NCBI GenBank assembly: GCA_034408725.1
Contig: JAWXCN010000174.1
Location: 1-37,321, forward strand
DNA: 37,321 bases
Direction: 5' to 3'
From: Candidatus Hydrogenedentota bacterium
GTDB taxonomy: Bacteria > Hydrogenedentota > Hydrogenedentia > Hydrogenedentales > SLHB01
Within the stretch, counting starts at the first letter, position 1. Each line of letters begins with the position of its first letter. Below the pieces are notes generated by a model. It saw nothing but the letters and a program-made list of their open reading frames with translations. It ran no database searches and had not been told where the DNA came from. Below are positions 8,951 through 18,450 of the stretch, one piece after another. Made by a program: the position numbers and the translations under genes.

Positions 8951-9795
8951 GCTGGCTTGCTCCAGAAGCCGTAGTCCTTCAAGCCGGTGCTTTCGAGCAA
9001 CAAATACACCGCCAGCATGACCGCGAATCCGACGACGACGACATAGGCCAACTTCTGACCACGGAGCAGGCCGCGGTTGCGGGAATGGAAGGAAAACGCG
9101 AACAACATGGCTGTAAAGATTGCGAGCACTATCTTGGGCGACAACCACCAGTTGTTCCCGAGTTCGTCGGGAAAGAGAAACGCGCCAATCACGCCGAGCA
9201 CCAGCGTTAGACCAAAAAACGGGTATCCCCACTTGATCAGGTTGAACAGGGTCGAGTCAAGATGTTCGAGTGGCGGTAGCTTGGCGGGTGCCGTCGTGGT
9301 GCGGAGCGATTTCAGCCGGCGGGCCTGAATGATGTAGGCGACACCCGTAAGGCTTGCAACGAAGAAGAGCGCAAACGCGACAATCACCGGGCCGACGTGC
9401 AAGGCAACGAAGGTCTCGTTTAGTTCTTTGGGAACTGTGTGCAACATGGACCGGCCAACGATGGCGTTGAACACCGCAAGCACGGCCAGAGGCGGCGCGT
9501 AATAGCACAAAAGGGGGCGAAGGTTGGGCTGGTTCACCAAGGGAAGCACCACGGCCGCCACGGTGACAATCAAGACGTTCAGCACGTCCACCATCGTCGT
9601 CAACGGAATTCGGCCGTGCGACGCCCAACGCAGGCAGAACGAGCAAAACAGCAGCGCGGCGGCAACAGCGACAGCGTACCGCGTCATGTCCAGCGCTGCG
9701 TCGTTGATTCCGCGCCAATACACGAAAGACGCGACCGCCGCCACGCAAAACAGCGCGACAGCGGCAATAAACGTTATATCAATGGCATACAGCAT
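8947..9795 (-). CDS. Cytochrome c assembly family membrane protein (CcsA/HemX-like)
   Basis: About 8 hydrophobic segments with LHV, LPPLE.LD, GYPFFGL.LVLG and WW.SPK motifs. Directly coupled to hemA. Confidence 0.85.
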   Translation of the reverse strand: MLYAIDITFIAAVALFCVAAVASFVYWRGINDAALDMTRYAVAVAAALLFCSFCLRWASHGRIPLTTMVDVLNVLIVTVAAVVLPLVNQPNLRPLLCYYAPPLAVLAVFNAIVGRSMLHTVPKELNETFVALHVGPVIVAFALFFVASLTGVAYIIQARRLKSLRTTTAPAKLPPLEHLDSTLFNLIKWGYPFFGLTLVLGVIGAFLFPDELGNNWWLSPKIVLAIFTAMLFAFSFHSRNRGLLRGQKLAYVVVVGFAVMLAVYLLLESTGLKDYGFWSKPA

Positions 9796-9860
9796 TGCTT
9801 ATTTTCAACGTCCTGTTTGTGGAACAATAGGATAGCGGAACCGGCGCAATGGGCGCGAAT

Positions 9861-11252
9861 TCAAGCCTGTTCCGCGGCCGGCGACATTTCCGTGCGCGGA
9901 CCAAATGGCGCGAGAACGCAGTAGACAAGGAGCGCCGCGGCAATCGCAACAAGATAGGGTGACGCCAGTTCCAATTGGTAGCTCGCTATCAAATAGGCGA
10001 GGCTTCCGATGATGAGCGATGCGCCCGCGGCCCAGACCCCACCTACTTTCGAGAACAATGCGAACACGCCGACAACCAGTATGCCCGCGGAACCAAATGC
10101 AGACGCCTCTTCCACCTGTTCGTATACCGACCCTTCGCGAATCGCGAAAAAATACGCGAGGACACCGAAGACCGCTACGAAAATGCGCGCGACGCGCACC
10201 TTATGTTGCTCCGTCAGCCGGGGCATCATCGGCACGACGACGTTGTGGGAAACCAGTGCTGACGCCGCAAGGAGCGCGCTATCGACGGTCGAGAGAATCG
10301 CCGAAATCAGCGCGCCCGCGAACACGACGTACAACACGGGATGCAGCAATTGCATGGCGACCGTCGGCAGTAGATGCTCAGGTTCGTCCAACGCCGGGAC
10401 CAATGCAGGCCCGATCAATCCGATCATCACGGGAATCGAGCCAATGACGAAATAGATGCCCGCGCCTGCCAGCGCGGCGTTGCGCGCAATGCTTTCGGAG
10501 CGCGTCGCGAGCGTGCGCGAAATAAGTTCCTGGGCGAGCACTGAACCGAATATGGGCACCGCCCAGCCGTCCATCTGTTCGAGGAGACTTCCTTCATGTC
10601 CAATGATACTAAGCCGGGCGGGTTCGATACTGCTGACAGCCCCGCCAACACCGCCGAGCGCTGCTATGGCTGCGACAAAGACAATCACCAAACCGAGAAT
10701 AAGGACCGCGCCCTGCACAACGTCGGTCACGGCGTCGGCAAGTAATCCGCCGCTCATGGTGTAAATGATGACCACTACTGCCGCGACGGCGATGGAAAAC
10801 GCCGGTGGAATAGTGGACGACGCGGAAATGACCTGTCCAAACGCGCGAATCTGCGCGCCCGCCCACAATAACGAGCTCGGCACGATAACAAGGACGGCAA
10901 TCTTTTCAACCGTGCTTCCGTAACGCTGGCGGAACAGATCGCCAAGCGTGGTGAGTTGGCGCCGGTACAGTGGAACGGCGAAAAACAGGCCCATGAGAAT
11001 CAGGCAAAGCGTGTAACCAAAGGGATCGGCGCGGCTGCCGGACAAACCTTCGGCGTATACCGCGCCGGAGGAGCCGATGCAGGTCTCCGAGCCGAACCAT
11101 GTCGCGAATACGCTCATGGACGCCACGCCAAGCCCGAGACTGCGCCCCGCGAGGAAGTAATCCGTTTCATTGCGCATTCGCCGCGAAACGTACAGACCGA
11201 TCGCGAGCTGCATCAGGACGTAGATCGTTACGCCGATAAGGACGCCGTTCAT
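9861..11252 (-). CDS. Sodium:solute symporter (SSS/SLC5) family protein
   Basis: Motifs DYFLAGRSL, ATWFGSE, YTMSGGL.A...TD.VQ and SAILSTVDS, with many TM helices. ATG 11252 overlaps the aguB stop (ATGA). Confidence 0.93.
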   Translation of the reverse strand: MNGVLIGVTIYVLMQLAIGLYVSRRMRNETDYFLAGRSLGLGVASMSVFATWFGSETCIGSSGAVYAEGLSGSRADPFGYTLCLILMGLFFAVPLYRRQLTTLGDLFRQRYGSTVEKIAVLVIVPSSLLWAGAQIRAFGQVISASSTIPPAFSIAVAAVVVIIYTMSGGLLADAVTDVVQGAVLILGLVIVFVAAIAALGGVGGAVSSIEPARLSIIGHEGSLLEQMDGWAVPIFGSVLAQELISRTLATRSESIARNAALAGAGIYFVIGSIPVMIGLIGPALVPALDEPEHLLPTVAMQLLHPVLYVVFAGALISAILSTVDSALLAASALVSHNVVVPMMPRLTEQHKVRVARIFVAVFGVLAYFFAIREGSVYEQVEEASAFGSAGILVVGVFALFSKVGGVWAAGASLIIGSLAYLIASYQLELASPYLVAIAAALLVYCVLAPFGPRTEMSPAAEQA

Positions 11253-12142
11253 GCTTCGTCCAGAAGCCTCTTGTCCAGTCCCGCATACGCATCGACACGC
11301 CGGTCCCGCAAAAAGGGCCAAATGCGACGAACCTGTTCAGTGCGGGATCGGTCAATTTCCGCGATGATGACTTGTTCCGCATCGATGCCGCCTTGAGCAA
11401 TGGTTTCGCCCTGCGGTCCGGCCGCGAAACTACTTCCCCAGAAATGAAGCCCTTCCGACGCGCCGGAGATGTCTGGTTCGTATCCGACGCGATTGGCCAC
11501 GATGACCGGCAGTCCATTTGCTATCGCGTGGCTGCGTTGCACCGTCATCCACGCGTCGCGCTGGCGGTGCTTTTCATCGTCCGCGTCGGAAGGAGTCCAC
11601 CCGATGGCCGTCGGGTAGATCAACATTTCCGCGCCGCGCAAGGCCATCATGCGGGCGGCTTCCGGGAACCATTGGTCCCAGCACACGAGAACGCCCAGCT
11701 TCCCGACGGAAGTCTGGATGGGATGGAAACCCAAATCGCCGGGAGTGAAATAAAATTTTTCGTAGTAACCGGGATCGTCGGGGATGTGCATTTTCCGGTA
11801 TTTGCCGGCAATGCTTCCGTCGCTATTAAAGACGACGGCGGTGTTGTGGTACACGCCGGCGGCGCGCCGCTCAAACAGAGACGAGACAATCACGACGCCG
11901 GACTCGGCTGCCTGCATGCCGAGCCGGGCCGTGGCAGGGCCTGGGATGGGCTCGGCGGTGTCGAACACGGCGGTATCTTCGTATTGACAAAAATAGGGGC
12001 CGCAGTGCAATTCCTGTAGCACCACAAGCTTGGCGCCCTGGCTGGCCGCGTCGCGAATAAAGCGCAAGGTCAGCTCGATATTTTGTTCCCTGTCCGTGCC
12101 ACAGGCTTGTTGCACCATCGCGACGACGAGCGGCGTATTCAT
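11249..12142 (-). CDS. aguB: Carbon-nitrogen hydrolase, probable N-carbamoylputrescine amidase
   Basis: Nitrilase triad motifs VLQELH, YRKMHIPDDPGYYEKFYF and VCWDQWFPE. Coupled to agmatine deiminase. Confidence 0.88.
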   Translation of the reverse strand: MNTPLVVAMVQQACGTDREQNIELTLRFIRDAASQGAKLVVLQELHCGPYFCQYEDTAVFDTAEPIPGPATARLGMQAAESGVVIVSSLFERRAAGVYHNTAVVFNSDGSIAGKYRKMHIPDDPGYYEKFYFTPGDLGFHPIQTSVGKLGVLVCWDQWFPEAARMMALRGAEMLIYPTAIGWTPSDADDEKHRQRDAWMTVQRSHAIANGLPVIVANRVGYEPDISGASEGLHFWGSSFAAGPQGETIAQGGIDAEQVIIAEIDRSRTEQVRRIWPFLRDRRVDAYAGLDKRLLDEA

Positions 12143-13176
12143 ATCTGGACTCCGGCGGGTATCTGCATCGTCAGGCAGTGGAGCGAACCTCCCTGTGCAA
12201 TCACGGCGCGGCAATCGATCCCTACGATCTCGCGATCAGGAAAACATGAACCTACCGCGGCGAGCGCCTTGGCATCAGCCTTGTCGCCATAGGTAGGCAC
12301 GAGCACTGCGCCGTTGATGATCAGAAAGTTGGCGTACGTTGCAGGCAACCGCTTCTTTTCCGGATCATAACATGCGCGGGGCCAGGGCAGCGGAACCAGC
12401 CGGTACGGCTCGCCGTCTGCCATGCGTAACTCCCGTAACTCTTCTTCCATCTCCTTGAGAGAATGGTAATGCTTGTCGCGTTTATCGGTGCACGTTACAT
12501 ACGCGATGGTAGTTGGGTCGCAGAACCGCGCGAGCGTGTCGATGTGTCCATCCGTGTCGTCACCTATCAGGTTGCCGTGGTGCAGCCAAAGCACCCGGTG
12601 CGCGCCGAGGTTCTCGCGCAACACAAATTCGGCTTCGGCTTCCGTAGTTGACCCGTTGCGATTGGGATTGAGGAGGCACGATGTCGTGGTGAGGATGGTT
12701 CCTTCGCCGTCAGTTTCAATGGAACCGCCTTCCAATACGACGGGTAAGGTTTCCATGCCAATTTCGCCAAAGGCCTTTTGGCTGAACAAGCTGAGCGTTA
12801 TGGCGTCGTCGTGTTCGGCGGGAAACTTGCCGCCCCAACCGTTAAACGCAAAATCCAACAGTACGGGCTGACCATCGCGCAACACCGTAATTGGTCCATG
12901 GTCACGCGCCCAGGTATCGTTCGTGGCCACGCGATACGCCCTGATGCGATCGGGGTCGGCCCCGGCCCGGGTAACGCGGTCGACGACATACGCCGGATCG
13001 GCACAGGCAATGAGGATTGGTTCGTACCTGGAGATGGCCGCGGTGATTACGTCAAAGCACGATTCCACATCGGCAAGCGATTGCTTCCAATCCGTATCTT
13101 CGTGCGGCCACGTTAGTTGAACCGCGGATTGCGGTTCCCATTCGGCGGGAAAGCGTGTAATACCATGCGGCGTCAT
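12139..13176 (-). CDS. aguA: Agmatine deiminase (peptidylarginine deiminase-like) family protein
   Basis: Motifs FPAEWEPQ, DTWARDHGP, LEGGSIETDG, DDTDGHIDT and GGSLHCLT. Start trimmed to MTPHG. Confidence 0.92.
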   Translation of the reverse strand: MTPHGITRFPAEWEPQSAVQLTWPHEDTDWKQSLADVESCFDVITAAISRYEPILIACADPAYVVDRVTRAGADPDRIRAYRVATNDTWARDHGPITVLRDGQPVLLDFAFNGWGGKFPAEHDDAITLSLFSQKAFGEIGMETLPVVLEGGSIETDGEGTILTTTSCLLNPNRNGSTTEAEAEFVLRENLGAHRVLWLHHGNLIGDDTDGHIDTLARFCDPTTIAYVTCTDKRDKHYHSLKEMEEELRELRMADGEPYRLVPLPWPRACYDPEKKRLPATYANFLIINGAVLVPTYGDKADAKALAAVGSCFPDREIVGIDCRAVIAQGGSLHCLTMQIPAGVQI

Positions 13177-13279
13177 GCGGCATGTCCATCGACGCTGGAT
13201 CGAACGTAATGCGAATCGATCATTGAGGATTTCGTGCCACGGCGCAGGGTGAATTGCGGCGCCGCCCTGCCACCGCCTG

Positions 13280-13747
13280 CTACTGGATAAGTCCTTGTGC
13301 GCGCAACTTTGTCGCCGCGCGGTTGCCAATTTCCTGCCCCCAAGCCTGGCCGGCCTGAACTGATTGTTGGGAAATGGCCGGTAATGCGCCCGTCAAGCGC
13401 TGGCCCGCGGGTGATTCATAAAATTTTATGGCTTCGATAATGTCTTCGTGGGTCAAATTTTGATCGTATATGGGAATGATCAGCGCCACCAATTCGTCCG
13501 GTTGCACATCCAGCTTAAACTCTTCCCAAAAGGTCGCCGGGACGGTCGGGTGGGTAGTTTTGAACGACTCGAGCAATTGTGCGAAGGACTGGGCGCCGAG
13601 ATCACCGGCGCCCGTTAGCTGCATGAGTTTGCGGATGTCTTTTTCCTTGGCAACCTTGTCTTCCGCAGGTGGCTGAGCGGCGGCGATTACGGCGGTGACA
13701 ACGGCGATAACAAACACGGAAACAGCGGCAGCGAATCTGCGGTTCAT
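13280..13747 (-). CDS. DUF2059-domain exported protein
   Basis: Signal peptide followed by the IPIYDQNLT.EDI....KFYESPAGQRL...P.I signature. Confidence 0.85.
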   Translation of the reverse strand: MNRRFAAAVSVFVIAVVTAVIAAAQPPAEDKVAKEKDIRKLMQLTGAGDLGAQSFAQLLESFKTTHPTVPATFWEEFKLDVQPDELVALIIPIYDQNLTHEDIIEAIKFYESPAGQRLTGALPAISQQSVQAGQAWGQEIGNRAATKLRAQGLIQ

Positions 13748-13779
13748 ACAGCCCTCAATGTGGTGTGTACACGCAAAAG

Positions 13780-14124
13780 TTAGGACTGCGAAAAGTCGCG
13801 AGGAGTGGATTCCTCAACGGCCTCGTCGGGTTCTGAACTGGCCTCGCCGGAAATGAGTTCTTTCATTTTCTTGCCGGGACGAAAGGTTACGACGCGCCGT
13901 TCCGGCACCGGAACCTGATCGCCCGTGCGCGGGTTGCGCCCGATGCGGCTCGCGCGTGTTTTCACTTCAAACACGCCGAAGTCGCGCAACTCCCACCGTT
14001 CGCCGTCTGCGAGGGTCCGCGAGATGGTGTCAAACGCCCCCTCGATGATTTTGGCAACGTCGCTTTGAGTCATGCCAAGTGTGTTGGCGACTCGAATTAC
14101 GAGTTCCCGTTTTGTCATCGTCAC
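13780..14124 (-). CDS. HU/IHF family DNA-binding protein with acidic C-terminal tail
   Basis: Motifs MTKRELV, ELRDFGVFEVK and GRNPRTG...V.F.PGK. GTG 14124 lies 8 nt after GGAGGG; ATG 14118 is an alternative start. Confidence 0.93.
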   Translation of the reverse strand: MTMTKRELVIRVANTLGMTQSDVAKIIEGAFDTISRTLADGERWELRDFGVFEVKTRASRIGRNPRTGDQVPVPERRVVTFRPGKKMKELISGEASSEPDEAVEESTPRDFSQS

Positions 14125-14348
14125 CGAGCAGACCCTCCATTCGGCTGCACACAGGGCGTAACCGCCTGCGTGGCAAAGCACTGGACTGAATAACCGACTT
14201 TTCAGTTGCCGATTATACGGAAAGGGGTGTATTCGTGCAAGTCTTTTCCATACCACTGCTTATACGGCTCTTTTAGCCCAAATGGAGTTATTTTGATTCT
14301 TTTCCGAAGGCTGCGTATACTTCCCTTAACACGTCTCCACCTACCCCG

Positions 14349-15008
14349 ATGGACCAAGAACTACAGCAAGATATCCTTTTTTTCGGCATTCAGTATTTCT
14401 GTTTCCTGTTTTCGCTCTCCGTACATGAGGCCGCGCACGCGGTGACCGCGGACCGGTGCGGCGACCCGACGGGCAGATTGCTGGGCCGGATCACGCTTAA
14501 CCCCATCAAGCACATCGATCCGATTGGCACGGTCGTTATGCCGCTGCTGATGTTTGTCACGGGAATCCCGTACTTGTTTGGCTGGGCGAAGCCCGTTCCG
14601 TTCAATCCGAATAACTTGAAAAACTTCCGCCGGGACCCGGCGCTGATTGCCGCTGCAGGGCCGATATCCAATGTTCTGATTGCGGTGGTGACGGTGTTGT
14701 TGCTTCGTCTTGGATTCGCCGTTCTCGGCGTAGAACGGATGATGGAACTTCATTTGGTCGAAGTCGGGTTGATGATGGTAGCGATCAATCTTTTATTGTT
14801 CCTGTTTAACCTGATACCAGTGCCGCCGCTGGATGGCGGGCATATCTTGCGCTCGTTGTTGCCGAGCGGTGGCCAGCAGATGCTTGACTCAATAGGGCCG
14901 TTCGGAATACTTATTGCCATCTTCGTTGGCAGCAGGTTTCTGTCGGCGCCACTCGCCTTTCTACAGGAATTCGTCATTTACGCAATCACCTGGGGCATTG
15001 CCGTCTAA
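14349..15008 (+). CDS. Site-2 protease (peptidase M50) family membrane metalloprotease
   Basis: HEAAH zinc motif, GWAKPVP, AAGP.SN and FNLIPVPPLDGG. Confidence 0.93.
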   Translation: MDQELQQDILFFGIQYFCFLFSLSVHEAAHAVTADRCGDPTGRLLGRITLNPIKHIDPIGTVVMPLLMFVTGIPYLFGWAKPVPFNPNNLKNFRRDPALIAAAGPISNVLIAVVTVLLLRLGFAVLGVERMMELHLVEVGLMMVAINLLLFLFNLIPVPPLDGGHILRSLLPSGGQQMLDSIGPFGILIAIFVGSRFLSAPLAFLQEFVIYAITWGIAV

Positions 15009-15013
15009 TTAAG

Positions 15014-15086
15014 GATTGCCTGGCGGGAGGGCGCGTGTCCCCACGCGCTTGGCCAAAACGGCGCGCGAGGACGCGCCGAGGCAATC
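15014..15086. repeat. REP-like palindromic element, family B (inverted pair)
   Basis: GGGAGG-GCGCGTG-TCCC-CACGCGC followed by an inverted, degenerate GGCGCGCGAGGACGCGCC. Bounded by the perfect inverted repeat GATTGCCT/AGGCAATC. A related copy is at 31384-31410. Confidence 0.65.
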
Positions 15087-15167
15087 TCGCTTCATTGCAA
15101 AGCGCCTTAGCCCAAGAAATGGTAAGGTGGTCTGCGCAAAATTTGACGTCATTTTGCCGCGCGCAGC

Positions 15168-15336
15168 GCCTTGGAGTGCGGCGTGTCAGCGCCGCTTTCA
15201 CTTCGGGCTACTCGAATACCTCCAATAAATTTGAAGGCTTCAGGAGCATGTGAATCAAGACAGTCGCGCTTGATGGAGAAGCGACGTTGCTCAGGAAATG
15301 GAAGCGGCAGCTACCCGCTGCCGCACTTCAAGGCGC
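15168..15336. repeat. REPIN-like element, family A (inverted pair with ~85-nt spacer)
   Basis: GCCTTGGAGTGCGGCGTGTCAGCGCCGCTTTCACTTCGG (15168-15206) and GGAAATGGAAGCGGCAGCTACCCGCTGCCGCACTTCAAGGCGC (15294-15336) match the units at 3293-3472. Confidence 0.85.
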
Positions 15337-15383
15337 TCGATCTACCTTCAAGGACACGCCTCCCGCCACGACGATCCGGATTT

Positions 15384-15392
15384 TGCTATACT
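15384..15392 (+). promoter_or_regulatory. Putative extended -10 promoter element for valS
   Basis: TG-C-TATACT about 70 nt upstream of the valS GTG. Confidence 0.45.
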
Positions 15393-15463
15393 CTCCGCTT
15401 CCATGCCGCCCGAAATTGCGCGGCGTTTTTTTGTCTGTACCGTCCAATGAAAGGGAATCTATC

Positions 15464-18082
15464 GTGTCCAAGCACCCGCTGCCATCGAATTATGCCCCGG
15501 AAGACGTCGAGACCCGGTGGCGCGCGCATTGGCAGAAAACGAACCCGTATGCCTATGACCCGAATCGGGACCGCGACGAAACATTTGTGGTAGATACTCC
15601 CCCGCCGACCGTGAGCGGGTCGCTGCACATGGGGCATATGTTCAGTTATTCGCACCAGGATTTTATCGTCCGGTTTCAGCGGATGCGCGGCAAGAATATC
15701 TTTTTCCCGATTGGCTGGGACGACAACGGCCTGCCTACTGAGCGACGGGTGCAGAATCTGTTCAACGTCAAATGCGAGCCGCACGTTCACTACGACCCGA
15801 ATTTCAAGGCCGAACGCGGGCGAAAGGGCGATCCACAACCGATTTCGCGCAAGAATTTTATTGAGCTTTGCGATGTGGCCACAAAGGAAGATGAAGAAGT
15901 ATTTCGGCACTTGTGGAAACGCCTGGGTATGTCGTATGACTGGGACCAGGAGTATGCGACGGTCAACGACCATTGCCGCACCATCTCGCAATTGAGTTTT
16001 TTAGAGTTACTTGAGAAAAACGAAGTGTATCAAGCGGAACGGCCCGTACTCTGGGACGTGGATTTTCGGACGGCCATTGCGCAGGCGGAACTGGTCGATA
16101 AGGAAGTGCCGAGCGCGTATCACTTTCTGCGATTTGGGATCGAGGGCAGTGATGAACACGTCGTGATCGCAACCACGCGGCCGGAGTTATTGCCCGCGTG
16201 CGTGGCGGTGCTGGTGCATCCCGATGACGAACGGTACAAGCAGTACGTAGGAAAAAACGCGGTCACGCCGTTGTTTCAAGTGCCTGTGCCCATCATGGCT
16301 GATCCAAAAGCCGATCCGGAAAAGGGTACCGGCGTCGTGATGGTGTGCACCTTTGGTGACCAGACGGACGTTGAATGGGTGAAAACCTACAGCCTGCCAA
16401 CGCGCCAAGTGCTTGATCGCGATGGACACATGTTGCCAATAAAGTTCGTGCAAAGCGGGGATACTGAGGCGGGCAATCGTTTCGTTAGCCTGAATCCGGC
16501 TGATGCCAACCGTAACTACGCGCAAATCCTCGGCAAATACACGAAGCAGGCTCAAAAACTTATCGTGGCGCTTGCGAATGAAATGGCTGGCGTAATCGAC
16601 AGGCCTAAGCAGGACATTATGCATGCCGTGAAATATTACGAAAAAGGTGAGCGGCCGCTGGAGTTACTTCCCGCGAGGCAGTGGTTCACGCGGATTCTCG
16701 ATCATAAGGACGCGCTAGTCGTCCAGGGCAGAAAGATTGCGTGGCACCCGGCGCACATGGCGTCGCGGTACGAGAATTGGGTGCTGGGTCTGAATCAGGA
16801 TTGGTGTCTGAGCCGGCAACGATTTTTCGGCGTGCCGATTCCGGTTTGGTACGGGCTTGGGGAGAACGGCGAGGTTTTGCACGATAAGGTGTTGGTCCCG
16901 CGCGCGGACCAGTTACCGATTGATCCGCTCGATGATGTGCCGGAAGGATTCACGAAGGAGCAGCGTGATGTGCCGGGCGGATTCACGGGCGACCCGGATG
17001 TCTTTGACACGTGGGCGACGAGTTCGCTGACGCCGCAGATTGCGACGGGCGGGCCGCTGAATCCTGAACGGCACAAGAAACTGTTCCCGATGGATATGCG
17101 CCCGCAGAGCCACGAGATCATCCGCACCTGGGCTTTCTATACCATCGTGAAAGCCTATCTGCACGAAAATCAGATCCCGTGGAAAAACGTCGTGATCAGC
17201 GGGTGGATTCTTGATCCCGACCGAAAGAAAATGTCGAAGAGCCAAGGCAACGTCGTTACGCCGGAACCGTTGATTGACCAGTTCGGCGCGGATTGCGTGC
17301 GGTACTGGGCGGGACGCGCGCGGACGGGCGTGGACACTGCGTTTGATGAACAGGTATTCAAGGTGGGCAAGCGGCTCGCCACGAAGATGTTCAACGCGGC
17401 GAAGTTTGTGCTGGGCCGTTTTGAGGGTATCGATCCCGCGCTGCTCGGACCGGAGCGCATCACGCACGAAACCGATCGCGCGATCATCCGCGAGTTGCGA
17501 CCGCTAATTGAACGTGCGACGACCGCGTTCGAGCAGTTCGACTACGCGCAATCGCTGCAGCTCACCGAGGAATTTTTCTGGGGCACGTTCTGCGACAACT
17601 ATGTTGAGCTGTCCAAACCGCGCACGTATGAAGAAGAACTGAGCGAAGGTCGCCTCAGCGCGGCGGCGACGTTGCGGCTCGTGCTGCGCGCGTTGTTGCG
17701 CATGTTTGCGCCGTTTATGCCGTTCCTAACCGAGGAAATCTGGCATTGGGCCTACACGAACGATGCGGACATGAACGAGACGATTCATCGCAGCCCGTGG
17801 CCGACGCTCGAAGAATTCGCCGCGGTCAAGGAACCGTCGCACGCCGAGACCTATCAAATCGTTTGCACGGTGGTGGAAGCTGTGCGCAAGGCGAAGGCAG
17901 AGAAGAATCTGAGCATGAAGGCGCCGGTGAAAAAGGTAGTCGTCACTGCCACAAGCAAACTGGCGGCGGCGCTGACGCCGTCCATAGAGGATGTGAACGG
18001 CATGTTGCACATTCAGGAATTACAGACGAAGCAAGAGAAAGTGGAAACGCCCACTGTGGATGTATTTCTGGTTACGGATTAG
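15464..18082 (+). CDS. valS: Valine--tRNA ligase, archaeal-like (type 2) form
   Basis: Motifs DTPPPTVSGSLHMGH, GWDDNGLPTERRV, ATTRPEL, DWCLSRQR and KMSKS. No C-terminal coiled-coil arm. GTG 15464 follows AAGGGA. Confidence 0.96.
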   Translation: MSKHPLPSNYAPEDVETRWRAHWQKTNPYAYDPNRDRDETFVVDTPPPTVSGSLHMGHMFSYSHQDFIVRFQRMRGKNIFFPIGWDDNGLPTERRVQNLFNVKCEPHVHYDPNFKAERGRKGDPQPISRKNFIELCDVATKEDEEVFRHLWKRLGMSYDWDQEYATVNDHCRTISQLSFLELLEKNEVYQAERPVLWDVDFRTAIAQAELVDKEVPSAYHFLRFGIEGSDEHVVIATTRPELLPACVAVLVHPDDERYKQYVGKNAVTPLFQVPVPIMADPKADPEKGTGVVMVCTFGDQTDVEWVKTYSLPTRQVLDRDGHMLPIKFVQSGDTEAGNRFVSLNPADANRNYAQILGKYTKQAQKLIVALANEMAGVIDRPKQDIMHAVKYYEKGERPLELLPARQWFTRILDHKDALVVQGRKIAWHPAHMASRYENWVLGLNQDWCLSRQRFFGVPIPVWYGLGENGEVLHDKVLVPRADQLPIDPLDDVPEGFTKEQRDVPGGFTGDPDVFDTWATSSLTPQIATGGPLNPERHKKLFPMDMRPQSHEIIRTWAFYTIVKAYLHENQIPWKNVVISGWILDPDRKKMSKSQGNVVTPEPLIDQFGADCVRYWAGRARTGVDTAFDEQVFKVGKRLATKMFNAAKFVLGRFEGIDPALLGPERITHETDRAIIRELRPLIERATTAFEQFDYAQSLQLTEEFFWGTFCDNYVELSKPRTYEEELSEGRLSAAATLRLVLRALLRMFAPFMPFLTEEIWHWAYTNDADMNETIHRSPWPTLEEFAAVKEPSHAETYQIVCTVVEAVRKAKAEKNLSMKAPVKKVVVTATSKLAAALTPSIEDVNGMLHIQELQTKQEKVETPTVDVFLVTD

Positions 18083-18149
18083 GTATTCAAACAGCGGAAT
18101 CTTGGCGTGATAGCGGCGACCATCGGCCCACGCCAAACAAGGAAAGATT

Positions 18150-18413
18150 ATGTCTGAACCACACATAGCTGTCCGCAAACCCGCGGTGTTGGAACTTGAA
18201 CAGGGAACGTATTGGTGGTGCCGTTGCGGCCGATCCAAAAATCAGCCATGGTGCGACGGTTCGCACAAGGGCGGCGATTTTTCGCCGCTGGAAGTCGTGA
18301 TTACCGAGAAGCGGACGTATGCGATATGCCAGTGCAAGCATACGGGCGGGTCACCGTTTTGTGATGGCACGCATAAGCGGTTGCCAGTAGAACGCGACGA
18401 AGCCGCGGGATAA
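18150..18413 (+). CDS. CDGSH iron-sulfur domain protein (two CDGSH motifs)
   Basis: CRCGRSKNQPWCDGSH and CQCKHTGGSPFCDGTH. AAGGA RBS. Confidence 0.95.
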   Translation: MSEPHIAVRKPAVLELEQGTYWWCRCGRSKNQPWCDGSHKGGDFSPLEVVITEKRTYAICQCKHTGGSPFCDGTHKRLPVERDEAAG

Positions 18414-18450
18414 AGAGGCCCTTTTTAACCACGAAGACACAAAGAAATAT

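Noticed and set aside
13243..13270. GCAGGGTG...CGCCCTGC hairpin between DUF2059 and aguA
   Set aside because: It has no U-tract and only one copy, so it cannot be called a terminator or repeat.
15287..15463. 59-aa N-terminal extension of ValRS, or a T-box leader
   Set aside because: The extension is translated REP and promoter DNA. No T-box consensus or specifier stem is seen.
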